This document shows positions 17,289 through 26,455 of a stretch of 64,000 nucleotides of DNA, piece by piece. Under the pieces are notes generated by a model, which made no database searches, was not told the origin of the DNA, and worked only from the letters and a program-made list of their open reading frames with translations. This stretch comes from Patescibacteria group bacterium. Its GTDB lineage: Bacteria > Patescibacteriota > Gracilibacteria > UM-FILTER-43-11. The stretch lies in the NCBI GenBank assembly GCA_018813295.1, contig JAHJBZ010000066.1, positions 11,231-75,230 of the forward strand. The letters run 5' to 3'. Position numbers and translations under genes: made by a program. Numbering within the stretch: position 1 is the stretch's first letter; each line of letters opens with the position of its first letter.

Positions 17289-18299
17289 ATGCATCTTTCA
17301 GAATTCGACTACAATCTTCCAAAAGAATTCATCGCCCAAAGACCATTAGAGAACCGCGATGAATCAAAATTGATGGTGCTAAATCGCGCTGACCAAACAA
17401 TCGAGCACCATCAGTTTTTTGAGTTGCCAGATATTTTGAGTCCGGACTCCGTTTTGGTTTTTAATGAATCAAAAGTGATTCCAGCTCGGCTCAAATTTAA
17501 ATTGGGCAACGGTAATGCAGAGATATTATTAATTAAACCAAGCTCCGATAACACCTGGGAGTGTATGGTAAAACCAGGGCACAAATTTGGACCAAAAACC
17601 GACATTCAAATAGATTCGGAATTAAACGCACATGTAAAAGATATTACCCCCCACGGTTTAAGAGTTATAAAATTTCACTGTGATGACTTCGACGCCTATC
17701 TCAAAAAACACGGTCACACTCCTACCCCACCCTATATAAAGGAAGAAGTAAGTGACCCGGAAAAATATCAGACGATTTACGCAAAAACCGAAGGTTCGGT
17801 CGCCGCACCAACAGCCGGTTTCCATTTTACGGATAAAGTTTTTAAAGGATTAAAAGAAAAAGGAATCCAGACTGAATTCATTACACTTCATGTAGGCCTT
17901 GGGACATTCCAACCGGTAAAAGTAGATAAAATTACCGAGCATAAAATGCACAGTGAGTGGTTTAGTTTGCCGGAAGATGTTGCTGAGAGGCTAAATAAAG
18001 CAAAAGAGGAAGGCAAAAAAATCATTGCTGTAGGTACAACATCAATCCGTGTACTCGAATCATGTGCGGATAACGGAGTTTTGATTCCGAAATGCGGTGA
18101 AACTGACATTTTTATTTACCCGGGATACAAATGGAAATTCGTAAACCAAATGATTACAAATTTTCACGTACCAAAAAGCACACTCCTTATGCTCGTAAGC
18201 TCATTTGCAAATCGGGACTTTATCCTAAAAGCATACGAAACAGCCAAAGAAAAAAAATATAGGTTCTTTAGTTTTGGCGATGCCATGCTTATAAAATAA
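17289..18299 (+). CDS. queA: S-adenosylmethionine:tRNA ribosyltransferase-isomerase
   Basis: Motifs TPPYI, YQTIYA, GSVAAPTAGFHFT, LHVGLGTFQPV, AVGTTSIRVLES, TNFHVPKSTLLMLV, YRFFSFGDAMLI. Confidence 0.95.
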   Translation: MHLSEFDYNLPKEFIAQRPLENRDESKLMVLNRADQTIEHHQFFELPDILSPDSVLVFNESKVIPARLKFKLGNGNAEILLIKPSSDNTWECMVKPGHKFGPKTDIQIDSELNAHVKDITPHGLRVIKFHCDDFDAYLKKHGHTPTPPYIKEEVSDPEKYQTIYAKTEGSVAAPTAGFHFTDKVFKGLKEKGIQTEFITLHVGLGTFQPVKVDKITEHKMHSEWFSLPEDVAERLNKAKEEGKKIIAVGTTSIRVLESCADNGVLIPKCGETDIFIYPGYKWKFVNQMITNFHVPKSTLLMLVSSFANRDFILKAYETAKEKKYRFFSFGDAMLIK

Positions 18300-18305
18300 T
18301 TAATT

Positions 18306-18512
18306 TTAATTTACAGCATTTCGTTTTTTGAGATATGTAATCCAAAGACTAAGCATTATATTGGTTCTAAGATCGGGAGATAGGGAAAGATAACCTGAAG
18401 GAAACCCACAAAAAGCCTCAGATAATTCTTCTATTTGTTCTATAGAAAACTGAGCTAATTTTTGACCTTCAGGATCAGTTAATTGATAACGAAGGTTTAA
18501 TAAAAATTGCAA
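18306..18512 (-). CDS. Small hypothetical protein at the end of the acidic-paralog array
   Basis: Track ORF with a TTG start. The same frame stays open upstream to 18623 (..LPKIDPECFESDVRRLRDIADQ..) without any ATG, GTG or TTG, so the true 5' end is unclear. It may be a decayed or non-canonically initiated fourth paralog. Confidence 0.4.
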   Translation of the reverse strand: MQFLLNLRYQLTDPEGQKLAQFSIEQIEELSEAFCGFPSGYLSLSPDLRTNIMLSLWITYLKKRNAVN

Positions 18513-18644
18513 ATCTGAACTCGGTAATTCTGCGATTCCTGTTCGCGACTGATCTGCTATATCCCTAAGTCTTCTTACATCCGATTCAAAACATTCAGGA
18601 TCTATTTTTGGTAAATTTATACTTTATGACATAAAAAAATTTGT

Positions 18645-19193
18645 TTAAGCATTAGAATGTTTTTCAATTAAATTCATAATTCTTATATGACCATTTTCTA
18701 AACCAGATAAAAATACTTTCAAATCTTCTGATTTATGGGAAATCGGAAAAGCAAAATGTTCAGTAATATATATCAATGCACGATCCATACGACATAATAA
18801 CTCAAGAGGAAATTGGACTCCTAATATCTCCACTATATACATTGCATAAAAAAAATCAGTAATACATTTTACATCTTCAGGACACAAAACATTTCTTTGT
18901 GTTTTCATTTTATCAACCACCATTTCCAGCAATTCTACAGCTGCTGATATCTCTTCAGAAGATTCATATTCCTTAAAATCCGGAATATCAGCAGTATATA
19001 ACCTCGCTCTAATTTCCATTAAAGTATTTCGCGCTTCATGGGTAAAATCTATCAGCGCAAAATCCAATAAAAAACCAACAACGGAAAGTGCTTGATTTGC
19101 CTGGTCTGAATCTAAACAGTCAATGTGATCAGCAACCAACTCACGCAACTGCGAAAGAACAATAATATCATCCGATTCTGGTGGTTTTGTCAC
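18645..19193 (-). CDS. Acidic all-helical hypothetical protein, paralog 1 of 3
   Basis: 182 aa from a GTG start. Shares the L..L.RMDRALIYI core with the two upstream genes. The frame is open a further 31 codons upstream, with N-terminal similarity to the paralogs but no ATG. Confidence 0.6.
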   Translation of the reverse strand: MTKPPESDDIIVLSQLRELVADHIDCLDSDQANQALSVVGFLLDFALIDFTHEARNTLMEIRARLYTADIPDFKEYESSEEISAAVELLEMVVDKMKTQRNVLCPEDVKCITDFFYAMYIVEILGVQFPLELLCRMDRALIYITEHFAFPISHKSEDLKVFLSGLENGHIRIMNLIEKHSNA

Positions 19194-19282
19194 TCCGGTA
19201 TTAACATACTTAGCACCAACTGCTTCCAGATCACCAATGATTTTTACTGCATCCGGTCGATTCTTTGAGAGATATTTAAAAA

Positions 19283-19912
19283 CTATTCAGTATCTTCTTC
19301 GCGATCAATCAAAGATTTAACTCTTTGGTGTGTAAATTTAAGTCCCTGAAAATAACCACTCAAAGGCAATTCCCCGCCAACGGTGATAGGAGACATATCT
19401 AAATACAACAACGCATCAGCAAGACGCTGTAGATGGTCCAATGAAATATCATCGCCACTAGCTAAAAGCTCATCAACAGCCATTAAACTTTGACCAAAAG
19501 CAATAGTATCCCTGGAAGGCAAATCCTCCTGCGTCCTAATCTGCTCTACCATAGCAAGAAAAGAACTAATGGATTCATCTACACTTTCATCTTCTTCTCC
19601 CTCGCCATCAAGTGTTAATTTGAGCTGTGAACGATATCGGGCTAATTCATCCTTCATTCTTTCAATAAAAATCCTCTGATTTTCGTTCAATCCTGCCCTC
19701 CTTAATAAATGTTTTAATACCTGACGTGTTCGATCTATTAAATCATCATCTAATAAATCAAAACCACCACCAATCATACTGCATGACCTCATAATCAATT
19801 TAAAATTATCATCGGTTAATAACAATTTTTCAGGTGATTTGGGATAATTTTCTGGTAACGTTTCCAGATTTTCAACGGCTACCTCTAGATTTGGTCTGTC
19901 TACGGAAGGCAT
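19283..19912 (-). CDS. Acidic all-helical hypothetical protein, paralog 2 of 3
   Basis: 209 aa. N-terminus MPSVDRPNLEVAVENLETL, core HLQRLADALLYLDM, C-terminus ..LIDREEDTE. Confidence 0.7.
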   Translation of the reverse strand: MPSVDRPNLEVAVENLETLPENYPKSPEKLLLTDDNFKLIMRSCSMIGGGFDLLDDDLIDRTRQVLKHLLRRAGLNENQRIFIERMKDELARYRSQLKLTLDGEGEEDESVDESISSFLAMVEQIRTQEDLPSRDTIAFGQSLMAVDELLASGDDISLDHLQRLADALLYLDMSPITVGGELPLSGYFQGLKFTHQRVKSLIDREEDTE

Positions 19913-19934
19913 GATTGCGAGTTAATAATTAAAA

Positions 19935-20645
19935 CTATTGATCAGGATTATCAGAGGGTTCATCACAATAAGTCTGGTGAACATCTTCAAGATGGGTTTC
20001 ATACAAATCAAGAGCTCTGCTATGCAATTCTGAGAAACTAGGATTAGTATAAAACTTGTTCAAATCCAATTTTTCACCCACACCTTGATAAGTAAGATCT
20101 GCTTGGGCTAAATAATCAAGAGCATCTACAAGAATAAACAATTGATCATAAGGAATAGATACATCTTCTGGGGATAACAAGCGGCTTAATGATGTAACGC
20201 ATGCAGTGAGGTTATCAAAAAGGGCAGAATTAAAAACACCATTAGCATTTTTTATATCTTGTACAACAGCAACAAAATTAGCAACTATCTTTTTAAGTTC
20301 AGGATCAACTGATTCTCCATCAGTAAGTATTTGTTGTATTGCTGAACGTCTAGCCTGCAATGCTACAATAACAGATTCCAAAATATTTTTCGCGGCATCG
20401 CTAATTTTTAAATCCTCTTTATCCACTCTATCTAACAAAAACCGAATAGCGCGTATAAGTTCAGAAACATGTGAAGCATTCAATCCATCAATATTTCTCA
20501 TAACGTGCAACCGTAACTCCAAAATAACCCTAAAATCACTTGTTTTTAAGGCTTTTTGAGGACTTTCACCAGAGCATCTTTGATTCAGCTCTTCAAAATC
20601 ATCAAAGGCTCTTTCTAACTCCGGTATTTCATCAAATGAGGGCAT
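19935..20645 (-). CDS. Acidic all-helical hypothetical protein, paralog 3 of 3
   Basis: 236 aa. N-terminus MPSFDEIPELERAFDDFEEL, core YDQLFILVDALDYLAQ, C-terminus ..CDEPSDNPDQ. Confidence 0.7.
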   Translation of the reverse strand: MPSFDEIPELERAFDDFEELNQRCSGESPQKALKTSDFRVILELRLHVMRNIDGLNASHVSELIRAIRFLLDRVDKEDLKISDAAKNILESVIVALQARRSAIQQILTDGESVDPELKKIVANFVAVVQDIKNANGVFNSALFDNLTACVTSLSRLLSPEDVSIPYDQLFILVDALDYLAQADLTYQGVGEKLDLNKFYTNPSFSELHSRALDLYETHLEDVHQTYCDEPSDNPDQ

Positions 20646-20740
20646 TTTTATATCAAAAATTAGATATAAGGAGTAATATTATATACCAAACAGGACAATT
20701 GTCAAACATAAATGCACCAAATAACCATCGGGTCTACAAT

Positions 20741-20770
20741 GGACCTACCCCGCTTAGCGGGGGACCTACC
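20741..20770 (-). terminator. GC-rich hairpin between the ATP-grasp fusion gene and the paralog array
   Basis: ccccgc-tta-gcgggg stem-loop (20748-20762) bracketed by the direct repeat ggacctacc. No U-tract follows, so terminator function is uncertain. Confidence 0.35.
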
Positions 20771-20776
20771 ATTGGA

Positions 20777-23134
20777 TTATCTAAGATATGCCGGCAAATA
20801 AATGGGCTTCTTAAGCCCTTTAACCTTCTTAACAATATCCAAATCATTCAAATCCAATTTTCCGTAATATAAATCGGTCAAATCCCCTCCTTTACTCACA
20901 AAATCTAATATCATTCGATACCCCTTAAAATAAACAAAGTCTTTGGTAAATGCCCCAGGTTTACTCGTGTCAGCCAATCCTCGTTTCGCCTTAATGGCCA
21001 CTTTCCATGCACGCTCAGCATCAAAACCAAGCTCTAGAATCTTGGCATAAATATCAGCAAAACTACCATTCAGAGCAGTATGAATACCGATTACAGAAGA
21101 TGCAGGCCAATATTTCTTTTGCGTTTCACTGGATTCGGTTTTTTCCTGGTTGTAAACAGCCAAACCTTCTTCGGTCATAAGATAATCAGCCAAGCCACGT
21201 TGAAATAATTTATAAGGCTGTAGTGCACCGTTCATAGCTGTAAAAGCATGAGTTTCAATCTCGTGGGCAATTGTACCTTTAAGTCTATCTTCAGAAAAAG
21301 TTGCATCACTGCGAATAGAAATGGTGTTTTGTTTACCCGCAACTGCATCAGAAACAAGTTCATCCTTAAGTTTAACGCGCCACCCCTTAAGGCCATAATC
21401 TTCAATTGCTTTTTCAAAAACCTTTTTAGCTTCTTTGGCGGACAAAACTTTTCCAGGTGCAGGAAATTTATCGGGCATAAATTTTATTTCATCATAAGCT
21501 TGATTTACAAGCTCTTCATTTGGCGCACCATATAGGTGAATGGATTTTGCAGTAAAATGACCAGTCCCACGAGACTCGAGAAGTTCAATTTTACGTTGAA
21601 TCTCATCAGCTTTCTTTCTCCAAAGAATTCCTATGGGTGTATTTGGGAACTCGATACGTTTTAAACGCGTATAAAGATTATTAGGGTCAAAAGAAAGCTC
21701 CTTGTACTTAAACTTAGGATTATATTTTGGATCCACAAGGAACTTAGTATGCTCTTCTCTTAAATTGATGGGCTTTAAGTGCGATAATAATTTAATTTGA
21801 TCATCGATGTCAAAAAGCTCCTGATCAATTTTCTCAAGATCTTTGTCGGTAAACGTTTTAGCTATATATGGAACATCTGTGGCTTTTTGCTCCGAAGAAG
21901 CAGGAGTCATATGCTTGCTTGGATCAATTAAAAAGTTTCTAAGATCTCTTTGTCCAACAAGCATTTTAAATTTTTCCTCACTAAAGTCTGCTGTATCAAC
22001 CACGGTTGTTATACGTTGATCGGCAAGGTTAAATTTACATTTTCCCGACTCATCTAATCCAATTTTTTGAGCAATGGTCTTGTCTAAAATAGACTTTTCC
22101 GTATGGGGATCCATTTGAGCAACAATTTTTGCATTATCTTTTCTTCCAATTGCCTCAACGCGCTCTAAATTTCCAATTACAATTTTTTCCGTCTTTTTTT
22201 CTTGCTTAGTTTCAGCTTTTTCGCCAAAAATATCCCGGGCAATACGCACGCCTTTCTCAGGAGTAGTCACTTTAATGCCCTCAACTCTTTCCAAACGACG
22301 ACGCAATGGAGCCATATTAGCAATTTGCACAGCAAGACCTGCACGAGCATTAATCTCTAAAAGTACTGGCCCCATATTTTTATCAAGAGTTAAATCAACT
22401 GCAGCAAAACCAAGATTTGTAACCTGCTGTACCCGGGAGGCAATTAAAAGCATTTCCTCCCAATGAGGTATTTTAATTCCTTTAACATCACCAAATCCTG
22501 GAATTCCATCTATCGATTTATTATATTGAGTTATATAGGTTAAATTGCCATTGCCGATATCAATTCCAACACCAACACCACCTAAATGAATATTAGCTTT
22601 ACCTTGGGAGCTTTCGGTTGGCAAGCGTAGCATAGCCATTACAGGAATAAGGTTATGCACCACAATTCGGATATCAGGAAGCCCCTTGTAGGCTATTTTT
22701 TTAAACATATCAGGCGCAATAAGCAGTTGCTCAAAAAGTGCAACATCGGAAATATCCGCAAGTGAATAGCGTCCATCAAGAATATCATTTATATGCCTCT
22801 CTAATTCCGCCTGAGTAAAAACTTCATCATTCCCACTAACCCAGTTACTCCCCTTACGCCCCTTAATGATCAAAATACCTTCACCCCCATAACCAGAATT
22901 AGGTTTAACTACAAAAGAATTAGGCAGACTATTGAAATCAAAATTTTTAAGTTCTTTTTTACTATGTATTGCATTGTAAAGGCGCGCCACAGGTATGCCG
23001 CGAGCGGACAAAAAGTTCTTTGTCTTAATTTTGCTATCAGCAAGCATTACAGCCTTTTTAGGGTTGTAAGCCTTGATATACAAGAGATTCCTGGCATTTA
23101 TTCCGAGCAAGCCCGGATTATGGAAAAACCACAT
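20777..23134 (-). CDS. Fusion protein: RimK-related ATP-grasp ligase (N-terminal) plus DUF1704/QEGLA/MATCAP-type metallocarboxypeptidase (C-terminal)
   Basis: 785 aa. The N-terminus (GINARNLLYIKAYNPKK..ADSKIKTKNFL..VVKPNSGYGGEGI) resembles alpha-L-glutamate-ligase-related proteins. The C-terminus has HEIETHAFTAMNG and TEEGLAVYNQE, that is HExxH plus the QEGLA-like motif. Confidence 0.8.
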   Translation of the reverse strand: MWFFHNPGLLGINARNLLYIKAYNPKKAVMLADSKIKTKNFLSARGIPVARLYNAIHSKKELKNFDFNSLPNSFVVKPNSGYGGEGILIIKGRKGSNWVSGNDEVFTQAELERHINDILDGRYSLADISDVALFEQLLIAPDMFKKIAYKGLPDIRIVVHNLIPVMAMLRLPTESSQGKANIHLGGVGVGIDIGNGNLTYITQYNKSIDGIPGFGDVKGIKIPHWEEMLLIASRVQQVTNLGFAAVDLTLDKNMGPVLLEINARAGLAVQIANMAPLRRRLERVEGIKVTTPEKGVRIARDIFGEKAETKQEKKTEKIVIGNLERVEAIGRKDNAKIVAQMDPHTEKSILDKTIAQKIGLDESGKCKFNLADQRITTVVDTADFSEEKFKMLVGQRDLRNFLIDPSKHMTPASSEQKATDVPYIAKTFTDKDLEKIDQELFDIDDQIKLLSHLKPINLREEHTKFLVDPKYNPKFKYKELSFDPNNLYTRLKRIEFPNTPIGILWRKKADEIQRKIELLESRGTGHFTAKSIHLYGAPNEELVNQAYDEIKFMPDKFPAPGKVLSAKEAKKVFEKAIEDYGLKGWRVKLKDELVSDAVAGKQNTISIRSDATFSEDRLKGTIAHEIETHAFTAMNGALQPYKLFQRGLADYLMTEEGLAVYNQEKTESSETQKKYWPASSVIGIHTALNGSFADIYAKILELGFDAERAWKVAIKAKRGLADTSKPGAFTKDFVYFKGYRMILDFVSKGGDLTDLYYGKLDLNDLDIVKKVKGLKKPIYLPAYLR

Positions 23135-23143
23135 ATAATTTAA

Positions 23144-23206
23144 TTTTCAATTTACAATTTACAATTTTCAAAAGTTTGGAAATTTAAAATTTAAAATTGT
23201 AAATTT
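23144..23206. repeat. Mirror array of degenerate heptamers
   Basis: ttttcaa tttacaa tttacaa ttttcaa ... tttaaaa tttaaaa ttgtaaa, located between the 7TM gene and the ATP-grasp fusion gene. Confidence 0.85.
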
Positions 23207-23212
23207 AGTTAT

Positions 23213-24718
23213 TTACTCCTCCGCATGTCTCATCACCTCTCTAAATCTCACATACTCCATAAGTCTAAGTCCAGTCCATCGGCCAAGACCATAATTAACA
23301 AGAAGTAAAATTAAAATAATTTCAGGATGGCCGAGCATAAGATTTTGAAGATACTGCCACTCAACAACCCAGTAACAAATAAGGGAAACGGCTGTTGTCT
23401 CAAACATTAAAAGTAATGCCGCATGAAAACCTTTGCCACCCAAAGCACTTACAAACTTTTCTGCCAACGTCGTCATAATAAGCATTGGGAAAACCGCAAT
23501 CGTTGCAATCTGGCTAATTCCCAAATACGTACCAAAAGCGAGCATAAGCAAAATAATAAGCGTTGAAATCGTCAGAATTATGGCAATTCTCGGAATATGG
23601 AGTAGCCGAAAACGATCCAAAGCTTTGCGCAGAACTGCTCCTGTAACAATAATGATCACAAGAATTGTTAAACCAAACTTTAGACCTAAAGCTAAAAATG
23701 AAAGTGTGATAATAGAAGGTGTATAAAGACCAAATGTGGTAATACCGATAACCTGTTTTAAGAACGTAATAATGGTTACGATAACCGGAAGCATAAGAAG
23801 GAGCACAATGGTGTTACTTGGAATTCCTTTGCTAATCATAAAGCTAACCAAATAAGAAATGGAATTCCAGATACTGACACGACCGGTTTCTTCATTAATT
23901 ACAGTATAATCAGAAATACTGGCTTCTAAATCTTTCAAAAACACATCTACAGATTCTGCAACAATAAGATTTTTCAGCTCATACTGACGGGTGATAATAA
24001 TCTGTTTAGGCTGAATAATATTAAAGTTACCCTGCATAATACGACCAAATGTATTTAAACTCTCATCTGTAATAACAACGATACTTTTCCCTTTAAGGGA
24101 ATCCTGAACTTGAGACATTTCTTCCTTAGCTGCCTGCTGAACCAAACGGGTTAATGCATTAATCCCGCTACCACGCGTTGTCCAGATAACTATGGAATTG
24201 GCGCTATTAAGGATCGAAACCTGATCGGATAATTTCTTGGAAAGGGCTTCTTCGGACATAAAAGCCGTAGTGCTGTCATAACTTTCGATCAAGAAAATAT
24301 ATGTTCCCTCTTCTTCGGCCTCGGTTCTTAGATTTGCAATATTTTCCTTTTTATCGGTTACATCTGTAAGCATCAAAACAAGTTTTGTATACACAAAAAC
24401 ATCCCGAACGATTGATTCCTTCTCTCTGCCCTGAGTAACAGTAAGAGCTACTGGATAACTTCCAGGGCTGTCATATGTATGCACAACTTCTTCGCCCCAT
24501 TGAACAGCACTGCCATCCCCAAAATCCCACTGGTAACTCACAGTATCATCATTATCCAGAAGAAATGATGAAGAGGCATCAAAAATTATACTTTTATCAA
24601 CCTGAACAATATCCTGCGCAGTAATTATCGGACGAAGTTCATTTAAAAAATCCACCGCCCCTGCTGTTATTGGAAGTAGGAATAGAGAGAGAAGTATTGA
24701 GATCAGAAATTTCTTCAT
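23213..24718 (-). CDS. Signal peptide + PKD-like domain + linker domain + C-terminal 7-TM module (7TM_transglut/UUP1-like)
   Basis: 501 aa. PKD-like YQWDFGDGSAVQWGEEVVHTYDSPGSYPVALTV. The C-terminal seven hydrophobic helices end in GRWTGLRLMEYVRFRE, as in 7-TM proteins that neighbour RimK-like ligases. Confidence 0.7.
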   Translation of the reverse strand: MKKFLISILLSLFLLPITAGAVDFLNELRPIITAQDIVQVDKSIIFDASSSFLLDNDDTVSYQWDFGDGSAVQWGEEVVHTYDSPGSYPVALTVTQGREKESIVRDVFVYTKLVLMLTDVTDKKENIANLRTEAEEEGTYIFLIESYDSTTAFMSEEALSKKLSDQVSILNSANSIVIWTTRGSGINALTRLVQQAAKEEMSQVQDSLKGKSIVVITDESLNTFGRIMQGNFNIIQPKQIIITRQYELKNLIVAESVDVFLKDLEASISDYTVINEETGRVSIWNSISYLVSFMISKGIPSNTIVLLLMLPVIVTIITFLKQVIGITTFGLYTPSIITLSFLALGLKFGLTILVIIIVTGAVLRKALDRFRLLHIPRIAIILTISTLIILLMLAFGTYLGISQIATIAVFPMLIMTTLAEKFVSALGGKGFHAALLLMFETTAVSLICYWVVEWQYLQNLMLGHPEIILILLLVNYGLGRWTGLRLMEYVRFREVMRHAEE

Positions 24719-24794
24719 AATATTTGATTAGTATTAAGTTTTAAGTCTTAAGGACTAAGCTAGCTTACAGCTTATGACTTAAGACTTATGACTC

Positions 24795-25697
24795 TTATTT
24801 TATATATGTAAGCCACTTCTTATACTTAGCATTCTTCCCTTTCGTAATATTCAAAAAATTCTTCTTAAGCTCAGCAGCGACTGGATAATTTTTACCATCA
24901 CCTATCTTTTTGTCATCGACTTTGGATATCGGAGTAACCTCAGCAGCTGTACCGGTAAAGAAAACTTCATCCGCAGAATAAACATCCTTGAGCTTCAAAC
25001 TTTTTTCAACGAACTTAATTCCCAGATCCTTTGCCACATGCTTAATCGCATCACGAGTAAGACCAGAAAGGATTCCGTAATCCGGTGGGGTATATATTAC
25101 TCCTTTTTTAACAATATAAACATTTTCCGCAGCACCTTCTGCAACATTTCCTTTATGATCCAGAAAGAGAGCTTCATCATAACCGGCATTCGTAGCTTCA
25201 AGTGATGCAAGAATAGAATTTGAATAATGCCCAATTATCTTTGCGGAAGTAACCGTACTTTCTGGATGGATTCTAATATATTTAGAAGTTTTCACACTTA
25301 TATCATGCTCTCCTAAATATGATCCCCAACCCCACATGGAAATAGAAACACTCACTGGTGCGCCAACCGGATTTACCCCCATCTTTCCGTATCCATATAT
25401 AATGAGATGCCTGATATACCCTTCTTTCATTTTATTCTTTTTAACTAATTTTAGTGTCTCATCAATAATTTCTTTTTGGCTGTAAGGAACCTTCATGCCA
25501 ATGGCATTGGCAGAAAAGAAAAGCCTTTTAATATGATCCTGAAGCCTGAAAATAGCAGGACCATCCGGCGTTTTATATATTCTGATACCTTCAAACACAC
25601 CAGCACCGTAATGAAGGGTATGAGTAATTATGTGGACTTTTGCATCTTTCCATTTTTTAGTCTTACCATCCATCCAGATGTATTTCGTCTTATTCAT
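24795..25697 (-). CDS. ilvE: Branched-chain amino acid aminotransferase
   Basis: 300 aa. Motifs GAGVFEGIRIY, FRLQDHIKRLFFSA, GYDEALFLDHKGNVAEGAAENVYIV, LSGLTRD (fold type IV PLP enzyme). Confidence 0.9.
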   Translation of the reverse strand: MNKTKYIWMDGKTKKWKDAKVHIITHTLHYGAGVFEGIRIYKTPDGPAIFRLQDHIKRLFFSANAIGMKVPYSQKEIIDETLKLVKKNKMKEGYIRHLIIYGYGKMGVNPVGAPVSVSISMWGWGSYLGEHDISVKTSKYIRIHPESTVTSAKIIGHYSNSILASLEATNAGYDEALFLDHKGNVAEGAAENVYIVKKGVIYTPPDYGILSGLTRDAIKHVAKDLGIKFVEKSLKLKDVYSADEVFFTGTAAEVTPISKVDDKKIGDGKNYPVAAELKKNFLNITKGKNAKYKKWLTYIK

Positions 25698-25891
25698 TTT
25701 TGGAGGGGTTAATATGAGGGAATCCCGCTAGGGGGGATTCCGAAGCTGACAGGCGACGAACCAGGGCATCCGCCGCGGCGGACTGCTCCGTCGAAATTCT
25801 CCATCATTCTACCAAAAATCGGGCAATAAAAAAACCATCAATAAAAACTCAATTTGACAAAAAAACTCCACAAATCAACAATTAGCTCTAA

Positions 25892-26320
25892 TCAAAATTG
25901 CCATCTGGAATAACCCTCTAGCTCACCAACGGGATTCAGCTCCAATATCTCTGGCTCTCTATCAATTGGATTATCAGCATCAACAGGCTCAAGATAAACC
26001 TGAACGGGCCCACCCCTGTCTTTTCTAAGTAAGAGTACTCGACGCACATCCTCTGCTAAAATCGCAAAATCTCCACCAATTGTTTTATGCCCCACCATAT
26101 TTCTATTGGTCATTAACAAAATATCATCTCGAGTTTGTCCAACAATCACACCCCTACAAGATTCTATTGTATCCGGATCTGCAGCTATCCGTTCCGGCTG
26201 TCCTGGATTCCAAGGATCCCCAACTGTAAATGATAATTCAGGTTTTTCTGAAGACATAAAATAAGAGTAACTTGATATATTTAGGATGATCATCCTATTA
26301 AAAAAAGAAGGATTCGTCAA
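25892..26320 (-). CDS. Hypothetical protein, family not recognised
   Basis: 142-aa ORF with TGA stop. A more likely start is MSSEKPEL at 26257. It is bracketed by GC-rich structured spacers. Confidence 0.5.
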   Translation of the reverse strand: MTNPSFFNRMIILNISSYSYFMSSEKPELSFTVGDPWNPGQPERIAADPDTIESCRGVIVGQTRDDILLMTNRNMVGHKTIGGDFAILAEDVRRVLLLRKDRGGPVQVYLEPVDADNPIDREPEILELNPVGELEGYSRWQF

Positions 26321-26455
26321 ATAAAAAGGTCCCGCCTGTGCCCCTCCGATAGGAATTGATTGAAATTGATAATCTATTTCTATCTATTTCAATCGGGATG
26401 GCCCAGGAAGGACAATCAGGGGGCGCCTGCCTGCCGGTAGGCAGGAGGCGAGGGG

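Noticed and set aside
25698-25891. T-box leader upstream of ilvE
   Set aside because: The region is only about 190 nt. I see no specifier-loop/T-box (..GGUGNA..ACCGCG-like) sequence and no terminator/antiterminator pair with a U-tract.
26414-26431. B12-box-like word aatcagggggcgcctgcc, preceded by ggaagg, as a cobalamin riboswitch next to cobO
   Set aside because: It lies on the + strand, where transcription would run antisense into cobO. I could not find the other conserved riboswitch blocks (a GCCACUG-type segment, or a properly paired AGGGAA..GGUG.AAA hairpin). An antisense-RNA riboswitch remains a remote possibility that a covariance-model scan would settle.
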